Of a stretch of 64,000 nucleotides of DNA, positions 1 through 8,252 are shown one piece after another. The notes below the pieces were generated by a model that ran no database searches, was not told the DNA's origin, and worked only from the letters and a program-made list of their open reading frames with translations. The DNA is from Betaproteobacteria bacterium (lineage in GTDB: Bacteria; Pseudomonadota; Gammaproteobacteria; Burkholderiales; SG8-41): assembly GCA_028291945.1 (NCBI GenBank), contig JAQGNH010000247.1, positions 392-64,391 of the forward strand, given 5' to 3'. Numbering within the stretch: position 1 is the stretch's first letter; every line of letters starts with the position of its first letter. A program made the translations under genes and the position numbers.

Positions 1-549
1 CTTGCCGCCTGCATCGAGCACGCAATCCACCACGAATGTCTTGACGGCATCGATACCATCGGCAGGCACCGCCATCTTGAGCCACGAGTTGTTCTCCGAC
101 CCGGACCCTTTCGGAATCATTTCGATCGACAGGGTTTCACTATCCTCGACGAAATCCAGATTGATAACCGGCACCCGCCTGCCCGAGGACGTATGCTGAT
201 TCTTCCGTGTTACGGGGTGCACGACAGATGAGCGCAGCGGATGCTCCTTGGTCGCTCGCTCACACCCCTTGATGATCGCCTGCTTGAGCTTGTAGCCATC
301 CACCTCGACACCACTGCCGATGGTGACGTTATAAATGGGGATCCCCGTGTCCTGACACAGCAGGTTCTGGTTCTCCTCGGCCACTTTGATGTTGCGGATC
401 ATCGTGCCGAGGATCGCTTTGCCGGTCGCGTCAGTCTCGGTTGCATCCAGGCGCTTGAATCCGTCCTTGATGTCCGGCGGCAACAGCTTCAGCGCGCGGA
501 TATAGAGCTCCTTGCATGCTTCTTCCACTTCTTTAAGATCGACTTTCAT
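1..549 (-). CDS. Fe-S hydro-lyase alpha-type subunit (class I fumarate hydratase / L-tartrate dehydratase family); 5' part only, runs off the window edge
   Basis: Absent from the ORF track because there is no stop in the window. Manual translation from ATG at 549: MKVDLKEVEEACKELYIRALKLLPPDIKDGFKRLDATETDATGKAILGTMIRNIKVAEENQNLLCQDTGIPIYNV...MIPKGSGSENNS. The CQDTG and KGxGSEN motifs are typical of this family. Confidence 0.8.
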   Translation of the reverse strand, partial: MKVDLKEVEEACKELYIRALKLLPPDIKDGFKRLDATETDATGKAILGTMIRNIKVAEENQNLLCQDTGIPIYNVTIGSGVEVDGYKLKQAIIKGCERATKEHPLRSSVVHPVTRKNQHTSSGRRVPVINLDFVEDSETLSIEMIPKGSGSENNSWLKMAVPADGIDAVKTFVVDCVLDAGGK

Positions 550-613
550 GGACCTGTCCTTGATCGCTGCATCACTGCGCACTGCGTCACCACATTCACC
601 TCATTGTTCCTGA

Positions 614-1483
614 CTACGATTGCATCCCCCATCTCCTCACGGTACGTTTTTCCACCGTTTGAAAAACGAGGTTTTCCACGATGAGGCCGATGATGATCAC
701 GGAAAACAGTCCCGCGAATACGTTGGCGATTTCCAGCTGGTTCTTGTTCTCGTAAATAAACCAGCCCAGTCCCCCTGTGCCCGAGGAGACGCCGAAAACG
801 AGCTCGGCTGCAATCAGCGTGCGCCACGCGAACGCCCACCCGATTTTCATTCCGGTCAGTATCGACGGAAACGCTGCAGGCATCAGGATTTGCGCGACGT
901 AGCGCGGGCCGGAGAGGCCATAGTTGCGGCCTACCATGCGCATGGTTTGGGAGACCGACAGGAATCCCGAGTGCGTGTTGAGCGCGACAGCCCATAGGAC
1001 CGAGTGAACAAGCACGAAGACGAGACTTGCGTTGCCCAGCCCGAACCAGATCAGCGCGAGCGGAAGCAGCGCAATCGCCGGCAGAGGGTTGAACATCGAC
1101 GTGAGCGTCTCGAGCAGATCGTTGCCAATACGCGAGGTAATCGCCAGGGCCGTGAGCAGCGCGGCCAGTGCCAGGCCGATCACATAGCCCTGCAGCAGCA
1201 CTTTGATCGAGAATCCTGCGCGCGTCAGGAGCACACCGTCCACAATTCCGGCGTAGAACGCAGCAAACGTCTCGCTGAATTTCGGAAAAAGCAACGGATT
1301 GTTCAGCGCCGTCGCGTAAATCTGCCAAGCAGCGGCCAACAACGCGAGCAGCACCGCTTTGCGCAGCGCGCCGTTGTGATAGAGCTTTTCCCACCGCGTA
1401 AGCGGCTTCTCCACGACGCCGTACGCATCCGCTACCACTTCGCGCACGAATTCCGGACGTGAGAGGACGACGTTTTCAGCCAT
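614..1483 (-). CDS. ABC transporter permease, NitT/TauT (TauC/SsuC-like) family
   Basis: 300-aa ORF with multiple TM segments and a BPD-type permease core (…FNPLPAIALLPLALIWFGLG…GWAFAWRTLIAAELV…). The ATG at 1483 (MAENVV) overlaps the upstream ATPase stop by 8 nt; the longest ORF starts at 1516. Confidence 0.85.
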   Translation of the reverse strand: MAENVVLSRPEFVREVVADAYGVVEKPLTRWEKLYHNGALRKAVLLALLAAAWQIYATALNNPLLFPKFSETFAAFYAGIVDGVLLTRAGFSIKVLLQGYVIGLALAALLTALAITSRIGNDLLETLTSMFNPLPAIALLPLALIWFGLGNASLVFVLVHSVLWAVALNTHSGFLSVSQTMRMVGRNYGLSGPRYVAQILMPAAFPSILTGMKIGWAFAWRTLIAAELVFGVSSGTGGLGWFIYENKNQLEIANVFAGLFSVIIIGLIVENLVFQTVEKRTVRRWGMQS

Positions 1484-2267
1484 GGGCGACGGTCTCATGT
1501 TCGATCTCATCGGCAAAAAGCATGTGGTGTATGCGCTCTGAAAGCTTACGCCCGTCAGGCCCGGTTCTGTCCGTGCCGTCGCTGTTCATTTCGGCTTTGA
1601 CCTGGCCCGGATGAGGGCTCATCAGCAGAATGCGATTACCGACGAGCACCGCCTCCGGAATAGAATGGGTCACGAAGAGCACAGTGAAGCGCGTGTCCTC
1701 CCACAACTGCAGCAACTCTTCCTGCATCTTCTGGCGCGTCAGCGCATCGAGCGCCGCGAAGGGCTCGTCCATCAGCAGAATTGCAGGCTCCATCGCCATG
1801 CCGCGCGCGATGGCGACGCGCTGTTTCATGCCGCCCGAAAGCGTGTGAGGATAGCTGTCGGAGAACTTTGTCAGATTCACTTTGCCGATGTAGTGCATCG
1901 CGCGCTCTTCCGCCTCGCGGCCGTTCAACTTGCCGCTCGCCTTGAGTGCGAACATCACGTTCTGCTTCACCGTCTTCCAGGCTAGTAGTTGATCGAACTC
2001 CTGAAACACCATCACGCGGTCCGATCCCGGCTTGCGAATCTCGACACCGTTGAGCCGCATCGACCCCTCAACTGGAGGGAGGTAGCCGCCGACTGCTTTG
2101 AGCAGGGTCGACTTGCCACAGCCCGAAGGGCCGAGTATCACGAAGCGATCGGACCGGTAGACGTCGAAGTCCACGCGGTACGTCGCCGTCACGAGATGAT
2201 CCTTCGTTTTGTACTGCAGCGTAACGCGGCGCACCTCGAGGAGCGGCTGCGATGCAGTGATGTTCAT
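1476..2267 (-). CDS. ABC transporter ATP-binding protein, NitT/TauT (TauB/SsuB-like) family
   Basis: Walker A GPSGCGKST, signature LSGGMKQRVAIARG, Walker B LLMDEPFAALD, H-loop VTHS. Confidence 0.92.
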   Translation of the reverse strand: MNITASQPLLEVRRVTLQYKTKDHLVTATYRVDFDVYRSDRFVILGPSGCGKSTLLKAVGGYLPPVEGSMRLNGVEIRKPGSDRVMVFQEFDQLLAWKTVKQNVMFALKASGKLNGREAEERAMHYIGKVNLTKFSDSYPHTLSGGMKQRVAIARGMAMEPAILLMDEPFAALDALTRQKMQEELLQLWEDTRFTVLFVTHSIPEAVLVGNRILLMSPHPGQVKAEMNSDGTDRTGPDGRKLSERIHHMLFADEIEHETVAHG

Positions 2268-2287
2268 CGGTAGGCTGCGCGCCGGTT

Positions 2288-3250
2288 CTACTCGACTTGC
2301 AATTTGCGCTCACGCACGATCTTCGCCCAGCGCACCGACTCTTCCTTGATTGCACGCGCAAAAACATCGGGCTCATTGCCGACCGGGACCATCCCGATCT
2401 GCGCGAAACGCGTGCGGATGTCCGGCGCGTTCAGCGCCCTTGCAGTGTCCTGATAAAGCTTGCTGATGATGTTTTTCGGTGTACCCGCAGGCACCATGAA
2501 TCCGAACCAGCCGATGTTCTCGAACCCTGGCAGTGTTTCGGCAGCGGCCGGTACGTCCGGCAGTTGCTGAACGCGCTCTTTGCTCGTCACGGCGAGGGCC
2601 CGAAGTTTTCCCTGCTGCACGAAGCCGATCGCCGCAGCGAGGTTGGGCGTCACCATATTGATCTGACCGCCAACGAGATCGGTAAGCGCGGGGGCTTCAC
2701 CTTTATACGGTACATGCACGACTTCTATTCCGGCGGTGTAAAGAAAGTTTTCCGCGGCCAGGTGCGTTTGCGTTGCTACACCTGCGGATCCGTACGTGTA
2801 GCCTTTCGGCTTCGCTTTGGCGGCTGCTATGAAATCCTTCAGGGTCTTCGCCGGAAAGCTCGGATGCACGACGATCGCCTGCGGTCCGCTTGCAACGTTC
2901 GTCACCGCGACGAGATCTTTCTCGGGATTGAAAGGCATTGTCCTGAAGATGTACGGATTCGCAGCGACGATCGAGCCGGAGGTCATAAAAAGCGTGTATC
3001 CATCGGAGGTCGATTTGGCGGCGATATCGCCGCCGATGTTTCCGCCAGCCCCCGCCCGATTGTCTACGACCACGGTCTGGCCCCAGATTTCCGTGAGCTT
3101 CTGTGCGACGAGGCGCGTCACGATATCGGTCGCGCCGCCGGGCGAGAACGGAACGATCACGCGAACGGGATGCGCTGGGTACGCCTGCGCCGACGCAAAC
3201 TCAGCGCTAATCAACGCGCCGATCAGCAGTAGCCACTTCAACGATTTCAT
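2288..3250 (-). CDS. Bug-family (TctC-like, tripartite tricarboxylate transporter) periplasmic substrate-binding protein
   Basis: Start at MKSLKWLLLIGALISAEFASAQAYPAHPVRVIVPFSPGGATD, with GGAGG 5 nt upstream. Signal peptide plus the canonical Bug N-terminus. The track ORF runs on to 3472, which is a spurious 5' extension. Confidence 0.9.
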   Translation of the reverse strand: MKSLKWLLLIGALISAEFASAQAYPAHPVRVIVPFSPGGATDIVTRLVAQKLTEIWGQTVVVDNRAGAGGNIGGDIAAKSTSDGYTLFMTSGSIVAANPYIFRTMPFNPEKDLVAVTNVASGPQAIVVHPSFPAKTLKDFIAAAKAKPKGYTYGSAGVATQTHLAAENFLYTAGIEVVHVPYKGEAPALTDLVGGQINMVTPNLAAAIGFVQQGKLRALAVTSKERVQQLPDVPAAAETLPGFENIGWFGFMVPAGTPKNIISKLYQDTARALNAPDIRTRFAQIGMVPVGNEPDVFARAIKEESVRWAKIVRERKLQVE

Positions 3251-3341
3251 ACTTCCTCCGGTTTTTATGTATTTGATACCGCGCGGCGTGATCAACATAC
3301 AGCAATCACCCGGCACCATCAACGCGCCCGGGCGGCAACCC

Positions 3342-4718
3342 TTACAATCCGAGCGCGTCCGCAGTGAGCTTCCGCAGCTCGCGCTGCAATCGTGCCCGCA
3401 CTGCACGATACGCAGGCCGCTTGTTAACGTTGGTGATCTCGTATGGATCTTTGTCGAGATCGTAGAGCTCATCCAGCTCGCCGTTGCGACTGCGGTTGAC
3501 CCAATGTATGTACTTATGCCGCTCCGTGCGTACTGACTTGTACGTCATGCCCACGAGCCACGGATACGCGTTCTCGGCCCAGTATTCGAGAAGTATCGAC
3601 TTGCGCCAGCCGCCGCGCTTTCCCGAAAAGAGCGGCAGTAACGAGCGGCCCTGTACGTGTTGCCCGGGCTTGCCACCGGCGAGCTGGATCAGCGTCGGCG
3701 CAATATCCTGGCACAGCACCAGATTTTTCGAGCGCGACCCGGCCTTGATGCGTCTGGGATAGCGCACTGTAAACGGCGCGCGTATCCCTTCTTCATACGC
3801 AAACCGACGCTCGGGTCCCAATCCGTGCTCTCCGAAAAAATAGCCGTTGTCGCCAAGAAAGAAGATGATCGTGTTGTCCAACTCCCCTTTGGCTTCGAGC
3901 GCGTCGAACAACATGCCCACGCCTTCATCGACGGACGCCATCATGGCGGCGCGCAGTCTGATTTCCTCCTGCTCGCCAGCGTGAATCGCGTCCAGGAGTG
4001 CGCGAGACTCTTTGGACTTCTTGAGCTCGAGCGCTTCCGCCCACGCCGGTTTCTGCTTCACGATCTCGGCCTCCGGCAGCATGTTCGGCTTCTTCGGGAA
4101 CACACAGTTCCGGTAGAGGTCCTTATGGCGCTCCGCGACGACATACCCGTCCATCTTGAATGTGCCATCGGCCGCCTGCTCCGCGTCCGGATGAACCGCC
4201 TTGTGTGCAAAAAAGAGTGACCACGGCTTGGCGTGCTTGCGGTTCAAGAACTCGACCGCCATCTCGTTCATGATGTCCGTGATATAGCCCTGCCGCTGCA
4301 CGTAGGTACCGTTCTCGTTCAATCGTGGATCGTTGAGCCGGCCGTGCCCATCGTACGCGACCCAGTAGTCGTAGCCGGGTCGCGGCTTACCGTCATTGCC
4401 CATGTGCCACTTGCCGATGTGCGCCGTTTCATAGCCGAGACGCTGCAGCTCGAGGTGATAGTTGGGAAGCCTGTGACTCGCCTGATCGCGCGCGACGTTA
4501 TCGATGATCCCGTGGCGGCTCGCGTATTGCCCTGTCAGGATCGACGCGCGGTTAGGCGAGCATATCGGCGTCGTGTGAAACGCGCGCTCGAACAGCATGC
4601 CTTCGTTTGCAATGCGGTCGATGTTCGGCGTTTTCATATACGGATGACCGCCCGCGCCGAACTCGTCGTAGCGCAGATCGTCGATGAGAATGACCAGAAT
4701 GTTGGGCTTCGTTGCCAA
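3342..4718 (-). CDS. Sulfatase (S1 formylglycine type); no recognisable signal peptide
   Basis: MATKPNILVILIDDLRYD…TPICSPNRASILTG contains the C-x-P-x-R formylglycine motif. The family core GKWH… and …FLGDNGYFFGEHG are also present. Confidence 0.9.
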   Translation of the reverse strand: MATKPNILVILIDDLRYDEFGAGGHPYMKTPNIDRIANEGMLFERAFHTTPICSPNRASILTGQYASRHGIIDNVARDQASHRLPNYHLELQRLGYETAHIGKWHMGNDGKPRPGYDYWVAYDGHGRLNDPRLNENGTYVQRQGYITDIMNEMAVEFLNRKHAKPWSLFFAHKAVHPDAEQAADGTFKMDGYVVAERHKDLYRNCVFPKKPNMLPEAEIVKQKPAWAEALELKKSKESRALLDAIHAGEQEEIRLRAAMMASVDEGVGMLFDALEAKGELDNTIIFFLGDNGYFFGEHGLGPERRFAYEEGIRAPFTVRYPRRIKAGSRSKNLVLCQDIAPTLIQLAGGKPGQHVQGRSLLPLFSGKRGGWRKSILLEYWAENAYPWLVGMTYKSVRTERHKYIHWVNRSRNGELDELYDLDKDPYEITNVNKRPAYRAVRARLQRELRKLTADALGL

Positions 4719-4806
4719 AGCGTTGCTCCCTTTTGTTTTACATGCGGCGCACGCGCAGTTCGAGCTCGGGTCTCACCACGCTGAAGACTTTGGCCCTGAC
4801 AACGTG

Positions 4807-5166
4807 CTACAAAAGATTCAGGAGAAACGCGAGGCCAAACGCTAGACTCAACGCAGTGGCTACCGCGATCAGAGTCTTCTGCCACTCGCGCCAGGCAAGG
4901 AACTCCAGCATGAGGAGCCGCACGCCGCCGGCCATGTGGGCCGCGAGCAATACTACCAGGCCCACCTCCGCGATTTTGACCAGAGGCTGATCGGTCCAGC
5001 GCAAAAACGATTCGAGGCGCGCTTCACCTTGAAGCGCTTGCGCCAACGCCCAGAAGTGCAGAGGCAGGAAGACCGTGAGGAGTACGCCCGAAACGCGGTG
5101 AACGGCGAACGCCCAGTACGCAGGATGATTGCGGGCGCGAAAGTCGTTACGCACGCATCGCCTCAA
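4807..5166 (-). CDS. Succinate dehydrogenase/fumarate reductase membrane anchor, SdhC (cytochrome b)-like
   Basis: …AFAVHRVSGVLLTVFLPLHFW… (HRxSG motif), three TM helices. Start uncertain: TTG at 5166 overlaps the upstream TGA, and GTG at 5154 is the alternative. The 5' part of the track ORF up to 5259 overlaps the previous gene. Confidence 0.6.
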   Translation of the reverse strand: MRRCVRNDFRARNHPAYWAFAVHRVSGVLLTVFLPLHFWALAQALQGEARLESFLRWTDQPLVKIAEVGLVVLLAAHMAGGVRLLMLEFLAWREWQKTLIAVATALSLAFGLAFLLNLL

Positions 5167-5504
5167 GCTGCGGTGATCGCATACACCGCACGCCAGCCCC
5201 AGAGGGCCAGCGTCAAGGCGAGAATCAGCATCGCGAGATCGAGCCCGCGTCCGCGCCACTGAAACGTCTCGGCAAGCACATTACGCAAGCCGATGGGTGC
5301 GTGCACAGCAATCGCGACGACGAATACCGTATAGAACAGCGTCCACGCAACGCTGCCGCTTGTACGAGCCAGGATTTCCGCCGCGGTGAGCCCGTTGCGC
5401 ACGGCGTAGATGATGGTGACGAGGTGAACGAGGACGCAGAAGGCAAGGACCGCAGCCGAGGCGCGTTGCGCGCCCCACAACAGCACCTGAGTGCGCAAAT
5501 TCAT
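5163..5504 (-). CDS. Succinate dehydrogenase/fumarate reductase membrane anchor, SdhD-like
   Basis: 113 aa, three TM helices. QRASAAVLAFCVL… and …AIAVHAPIGLRNVL resemble the SdhD pattern (QRxTA … HxxxG). Confidence 0.6.
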   Translation of the reverse strand: MNLRTQVLLWGAQRASAAVLAFCVLVHLVTIIYAVRNGLTAAEILARTSGSVAWTLFYTVFVVAIAVHAPIGLRNVLAETFQWRGRGLDLAMLILALTLALWGWRAVYAITAA

Positions 5505-5568
5505 GCGCCCGCACCTGATGATGACCGCAAAATGCGCGACCGCAGGGCGGCTGACTCCTTGATCATTT

Positions 5569-6294
5569 CTAAATTTCGCCTTTCAGGGCGGCGCTTAGAA
5601 CCGCTCGCTTGAGGCCCGCGATGCCTGCAGTAGGCGAGAGTTTCTTGGGGCAGCGCTCGGTGCAGGTCATCTGTGTATGGCACGCATGACAACCCGCATC
5701 GCCAGCAACGGCCGTGAGACGCTCGCGCTGATCGACGTCTCTTACGTCGTTCACAAGCGTCCAGGCACGTGTCAGAGCGGCAGGGCCCAGATAATCCGGT
5801 TTCCAGGTGACGACGTCGCACGAGCTGTAGCAGACCCCGCAGCCGATGCATTCGATCGACTCATCGACGAGCCTGCGCTGGCGCGACTCCGGGGACACGC
5901 GCGCGAAATCGTCGTTACGGGTGGCGCTTCCGCGAAACTGCCCTTTGGCGGCCGCCCACTTGTCGAAGAACGGCGCCATGTCCGTGACAAGATCCTTGAT
6001 GACGGGCAGGTTGCGAAGCGGTCCGATCTCAAGTCGTTCTTCGTCAGAGACGCTCGCCACGTGCGTGCGGCAGGTCCAGCGCGCTTTGCCGTTGACGGTC
6101 ATTGCGCACGAGCCGCACATGCCGACGCGGCACGCAAAACGATATGAGAGCGTCGGATCGAGCTTGCGCTGAATGTGGGTGACCACATCGAGCACCGTCT
6201 GGCTTTCCAGCCGCGGAACCTGGAACTCTTGATATTCGCCGGACTCGGTGCCGCGCCAGACTCGGACGTGGAGCACGCTCAATGCCGTGCCCAT
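5569..6294 (-). CDS. Succinate dehydrogenase/fumarate reductase iron-sulfur subunit (SdhB/FrdB family)
   Basis: 2Fe-2S motif CRVGMCGSC plus two Cys clusters, CIGCGVCYSSC and CHACHTQMTCTERCP. 241 aa. Confidence 0.85.
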   Translation of the reverse strand: MGTALSVLHVRVWRGTESGEYQEFQVPRLESQTVLDVVTHIQRKLDPTLSYRFACRVGMCGSCAMTVNGKARWTCRTHVASVSDEERLEIGPLRNLPVIKDLVTDMAPFFDKWAAAKGQFRGSATRNDDFARVSPESRQRRLVDESIECIGCGVCYSSCDVVTWKPDYLGPAALTRAWTLVNDVRDVDQRERLTAVAGDAGCHACHTQMTCTERCPKKLSPTAGIAGLKRAVLSAALKGEI

Positions 6295-6305
6295 CGTGCT
6301 GAAAT

Positions 6306-6341
6306 GATGAATGCGGCATGCTGAATGCGGAATGAAAAGCG
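6306..6341 (-). repeat. GAATG-rich repeat element, copy A, 11 nt upstream of the frdB-like ATG
   Basis: Forward gatgaatgcggcatgctgaatgcggaatgaaaagcg. Matches 41273-41301 at 27/29 positions apart from a 7-nt indel. Confidence 0.6.
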
Positions 6342-6382
6342 AAAGGTTGGTTTGCCCCTCAATTCATCATTCATCATTGGGC

Positions 6383-6580
6383 GAGTCTCAGCGTTCGCTG
6401 GACACTTTTTTGACATCGACGTGACATGCAATCGCGGTTTGGAAACGGGAATCAGGCATGGTGACGCAGCCCTGTTTAGCAGGGAAAACGAACATGTATA
6501 GACATCTGTTCAGTTATTGCGGGTCACTCGTTCTGTCCGGCGAACGCTGATACACAGGTGTCCGGCGAACGCTGAGACTT
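6383..6580. mobile_element. MITE-like non-autonomous element (198 bp)
   Basis: Terminal inverted repeats: gagtctcagcgttcgctggacac (6383-6405) and gtgtccggcgaacgctgagactt (6558-6580), 21/23 complementary. Flanked by the perfect 15-bp direct repeat tcatcattcatcatt (6364-6378 and 6584-6598). An internal 17-bp subterminal direct repeat tgtccggcgaacgctga lies at 6534 and 6559. No ORF, and lower GC than its surroundings. Confidence 0.5.
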
Positions 6581-6609
6581 ACCTCATCATTCATCATTCC
6601 GCATTGCCG

Positions 6610-7788
6610 TTACGCCGACTCGTACAACCGCGTCAGCACGAACTCACGGTGCCCCAGGGCCTCGGCCGCGGTCAGACGCCCGTTGCACGTGCGCAGCATG
6701 ATTTGAATCAGCTCATCTCCAGTCTGCTCCAGATTCTTCTGACGCTGCAGAAGCCCGGAACAATCGTAGTCGACGTGCTCGGACATCGTGCGGACCGTGC
6801 GTGGGTTCGCGCACAGCTTGATGACCGGGAGTATCGGGTTGCCGATCACGTTGCCTTGTCCCGTCGGGAAGAAATGCACGACGTAACCCGACGCTGCACA
6901 GAGCGTGACCATCTCAGCGGCGGCGGACGAGGAATCCATGAACCACAACCCCGGACGCGTCGGCATTTCCGCTTTGTCGAGAACGCCGATCACCTTGCAC
7001 TTCTTGCCGATTTTCTGAATGTTGCCGAGCGCTTTCTCTTCGATGGTCGTCAGGCCGCCTGCAATATTGCCTTTAGTCGGCTGCGATTCGGACAGGTCGT
7101 TCGTCTTGTTGCGCTCGACGATTTCCTGATAGCGGTTGAACATTTTCATGAACTGCTCGCGCACTTCAGGGGTCGCGCACCGGTCGGCCACTATATTCTC
7201 GCCGCCGGTGATTTCGGTCGTCTCGCCGAAGCACATCGTCACGCCGAGTGGCTCGAGCTTGTCGAAGGCGCTGCCCACCGTTGGGTTCGAGCCGCAACCC
7301 GATGTCGTGTCCGATTCACCGCACTTGGTGGATACCCATAGATCGCTGATCGGACAATCTTCCGTGCGAAGCTCCGACGCCCACTGCAGGTACTCTTTCG
7401 CCACTTTGGACGCACGCATGATGGTGTCGTGATCGCCGTGGAGCTCGATCCCGAAACCCGTCACGGGCTTCCCTGTCTTTGCTATCGCGTCGACGATGCG
7501 CTTGGTCCAGCCTTCCTCGATGCCGATGACGATCACGGCAGCCACGTTGGGATTGGACCCAGCGCCGATCAGCGTGCGAAAGTGAAGATCGAGATCGGCT
7601 CCGAACTGCAGGCGTCCGTACGGGTGAGGAATCGCCATCGCGCCTTTGATGTTATGCGCGACCGCTTCGCACGCTGAGTTCGACAGATCATCGACCGGCA
7701 GAACAATCACGTGATTGCGTATACCCACCCGCCCGTTTTCTCGCCGGTAACCACGGAAAGTCGTATTGCTGTTGATCATGGGATTCAT
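6610..7788 (-). CDS. UxaA-family dehydratase large subunit (altronate dehydratase C-terminal type; SuyB-like)
   Basis: 392 aa, with …[23 protein letters not shown]…[21 protein letters not shown]…TEITGGE… typical of UxaA/GarD C-terminal domains. Encoded separately from the SAF domain. Confidence 0.85.
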   Translation of the reverse strand: MNPMINSNTTFRGYRRENGRVGIRNHVIVLPVDDLSNSACEAVAHNIKGAMAIPHPYGRLQFGADLDLHFRTLIGAGSNPNVAAVIVIGIEEGWTKRIVDAIAKTGKPVTGFGIELHGDHDTIMRASKVAKEYLQWASELRTEDCPISDLWVSTKCGESDTTSGCGSNPTVGSAFDKLEPLGVTMCFGETTEITGGENIVADRCATPEVREQFMKMFNRYQEIVERNKTNDLSESQPTKGNIAGGLTTIEEKALGNIQKIGKKCKVIGVLDKAEMPTRPGLWFMDSSSAAAEMVTLCAASGYVVHFFPTGQGNVIGNPILPVIKLCANPRTVRTMSEHVDYDCSGLLQRQKNLEQTGDELIQIMLRTCNGRLTAAEALGHREFVLTRLYESA

Positions 7789-7796
7789 CCTTTCGC

Positions 7797-8078
7797 TTAC
7801 CAGCGCTTGGTCTTGATGTTGTGGACGTGCGCGTGCTCGCCCGTCTTGATATCGGAAACGGCTTTGCCGATGTCAAAGCCGTATTTGATGATGGTGTCGC
7901 CCTTCTTGATTTCCCTGGTGGCAACTTTGTGTCCAATGGGCACATCGTTCATCGCTTTCACCTTGATCGTGGAGTCGTCCTCCATGACCCAGCCGATCAG
8001 TTCCTGACCGGCCTTGATGCCTTCGATCACGGCCACGCCGACCGTGTCTTTCTTGTCGTGCACGAGTATGTGAATCAT
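7797..8078 (-). CDS. UxaA-family small subunit (SAF domain; SuyA-like)
   Basis: 93 aa, …[15 protein letters not shown]…[22 protein letters not shown]… is a SAF-domain pattern. Lies 8 nt upstream of the large subunit. Confidence 0.8.
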   Translation of the reverse strand: MIHILVHDKKDTVGVAVIEGIKAGQELIGWVMEDDSTIKVKAMNDVPIGHKVATREIKKGDTIIKYGFDIGKAVSDIKTGEHAHVHNIKTKRW

Positions 8079-8152
8079 CTTGCGTCTCCTTGGACGTACG
8101 CCGTTTGCGTACCGGGAAGATGGGACGGTGTTGTTCTTTTTGTGTGGGCGAC

Positions 8153-8181
8153 ATCGTATCGGCAGTTGGTAGTCAAGTCAA
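8153..8181 (-). promoter_or_regulatory. Putative sigma70 promoter of the SAF/UxaA operon, overlapping a repeat that may be the GntR operator
   Basis: Minus-sense TTGACT, 17 nt, TACGAT. The -35 lies in a TTGACTTGACT direct repeat and in the inverted repeat AGTTG…CAACT (8163-8184). Confidence 0.35.
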
Positions 8182-8252
8182 CTATATGACCTATATGAAT
8201 CGGTTGGGCGGTGCTACAATCGATCGTTGCATTTACGGAACGGCGCCGCCAG

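Noticed and set aside
2288-3472. Long N-terminal extensions on several track ORFs (2288-3472, 14120-15712, 26684-27736, 37372-38643, 53351-54046, 56309-57508, 57274-58362)
   Set aside because: In each case an internal ATG gives the canonical family N-terminus or signal peptide, usually with a Shine-Dalgarno sequence. The extension overlaps a neighbouring gene or a divergent promoter.
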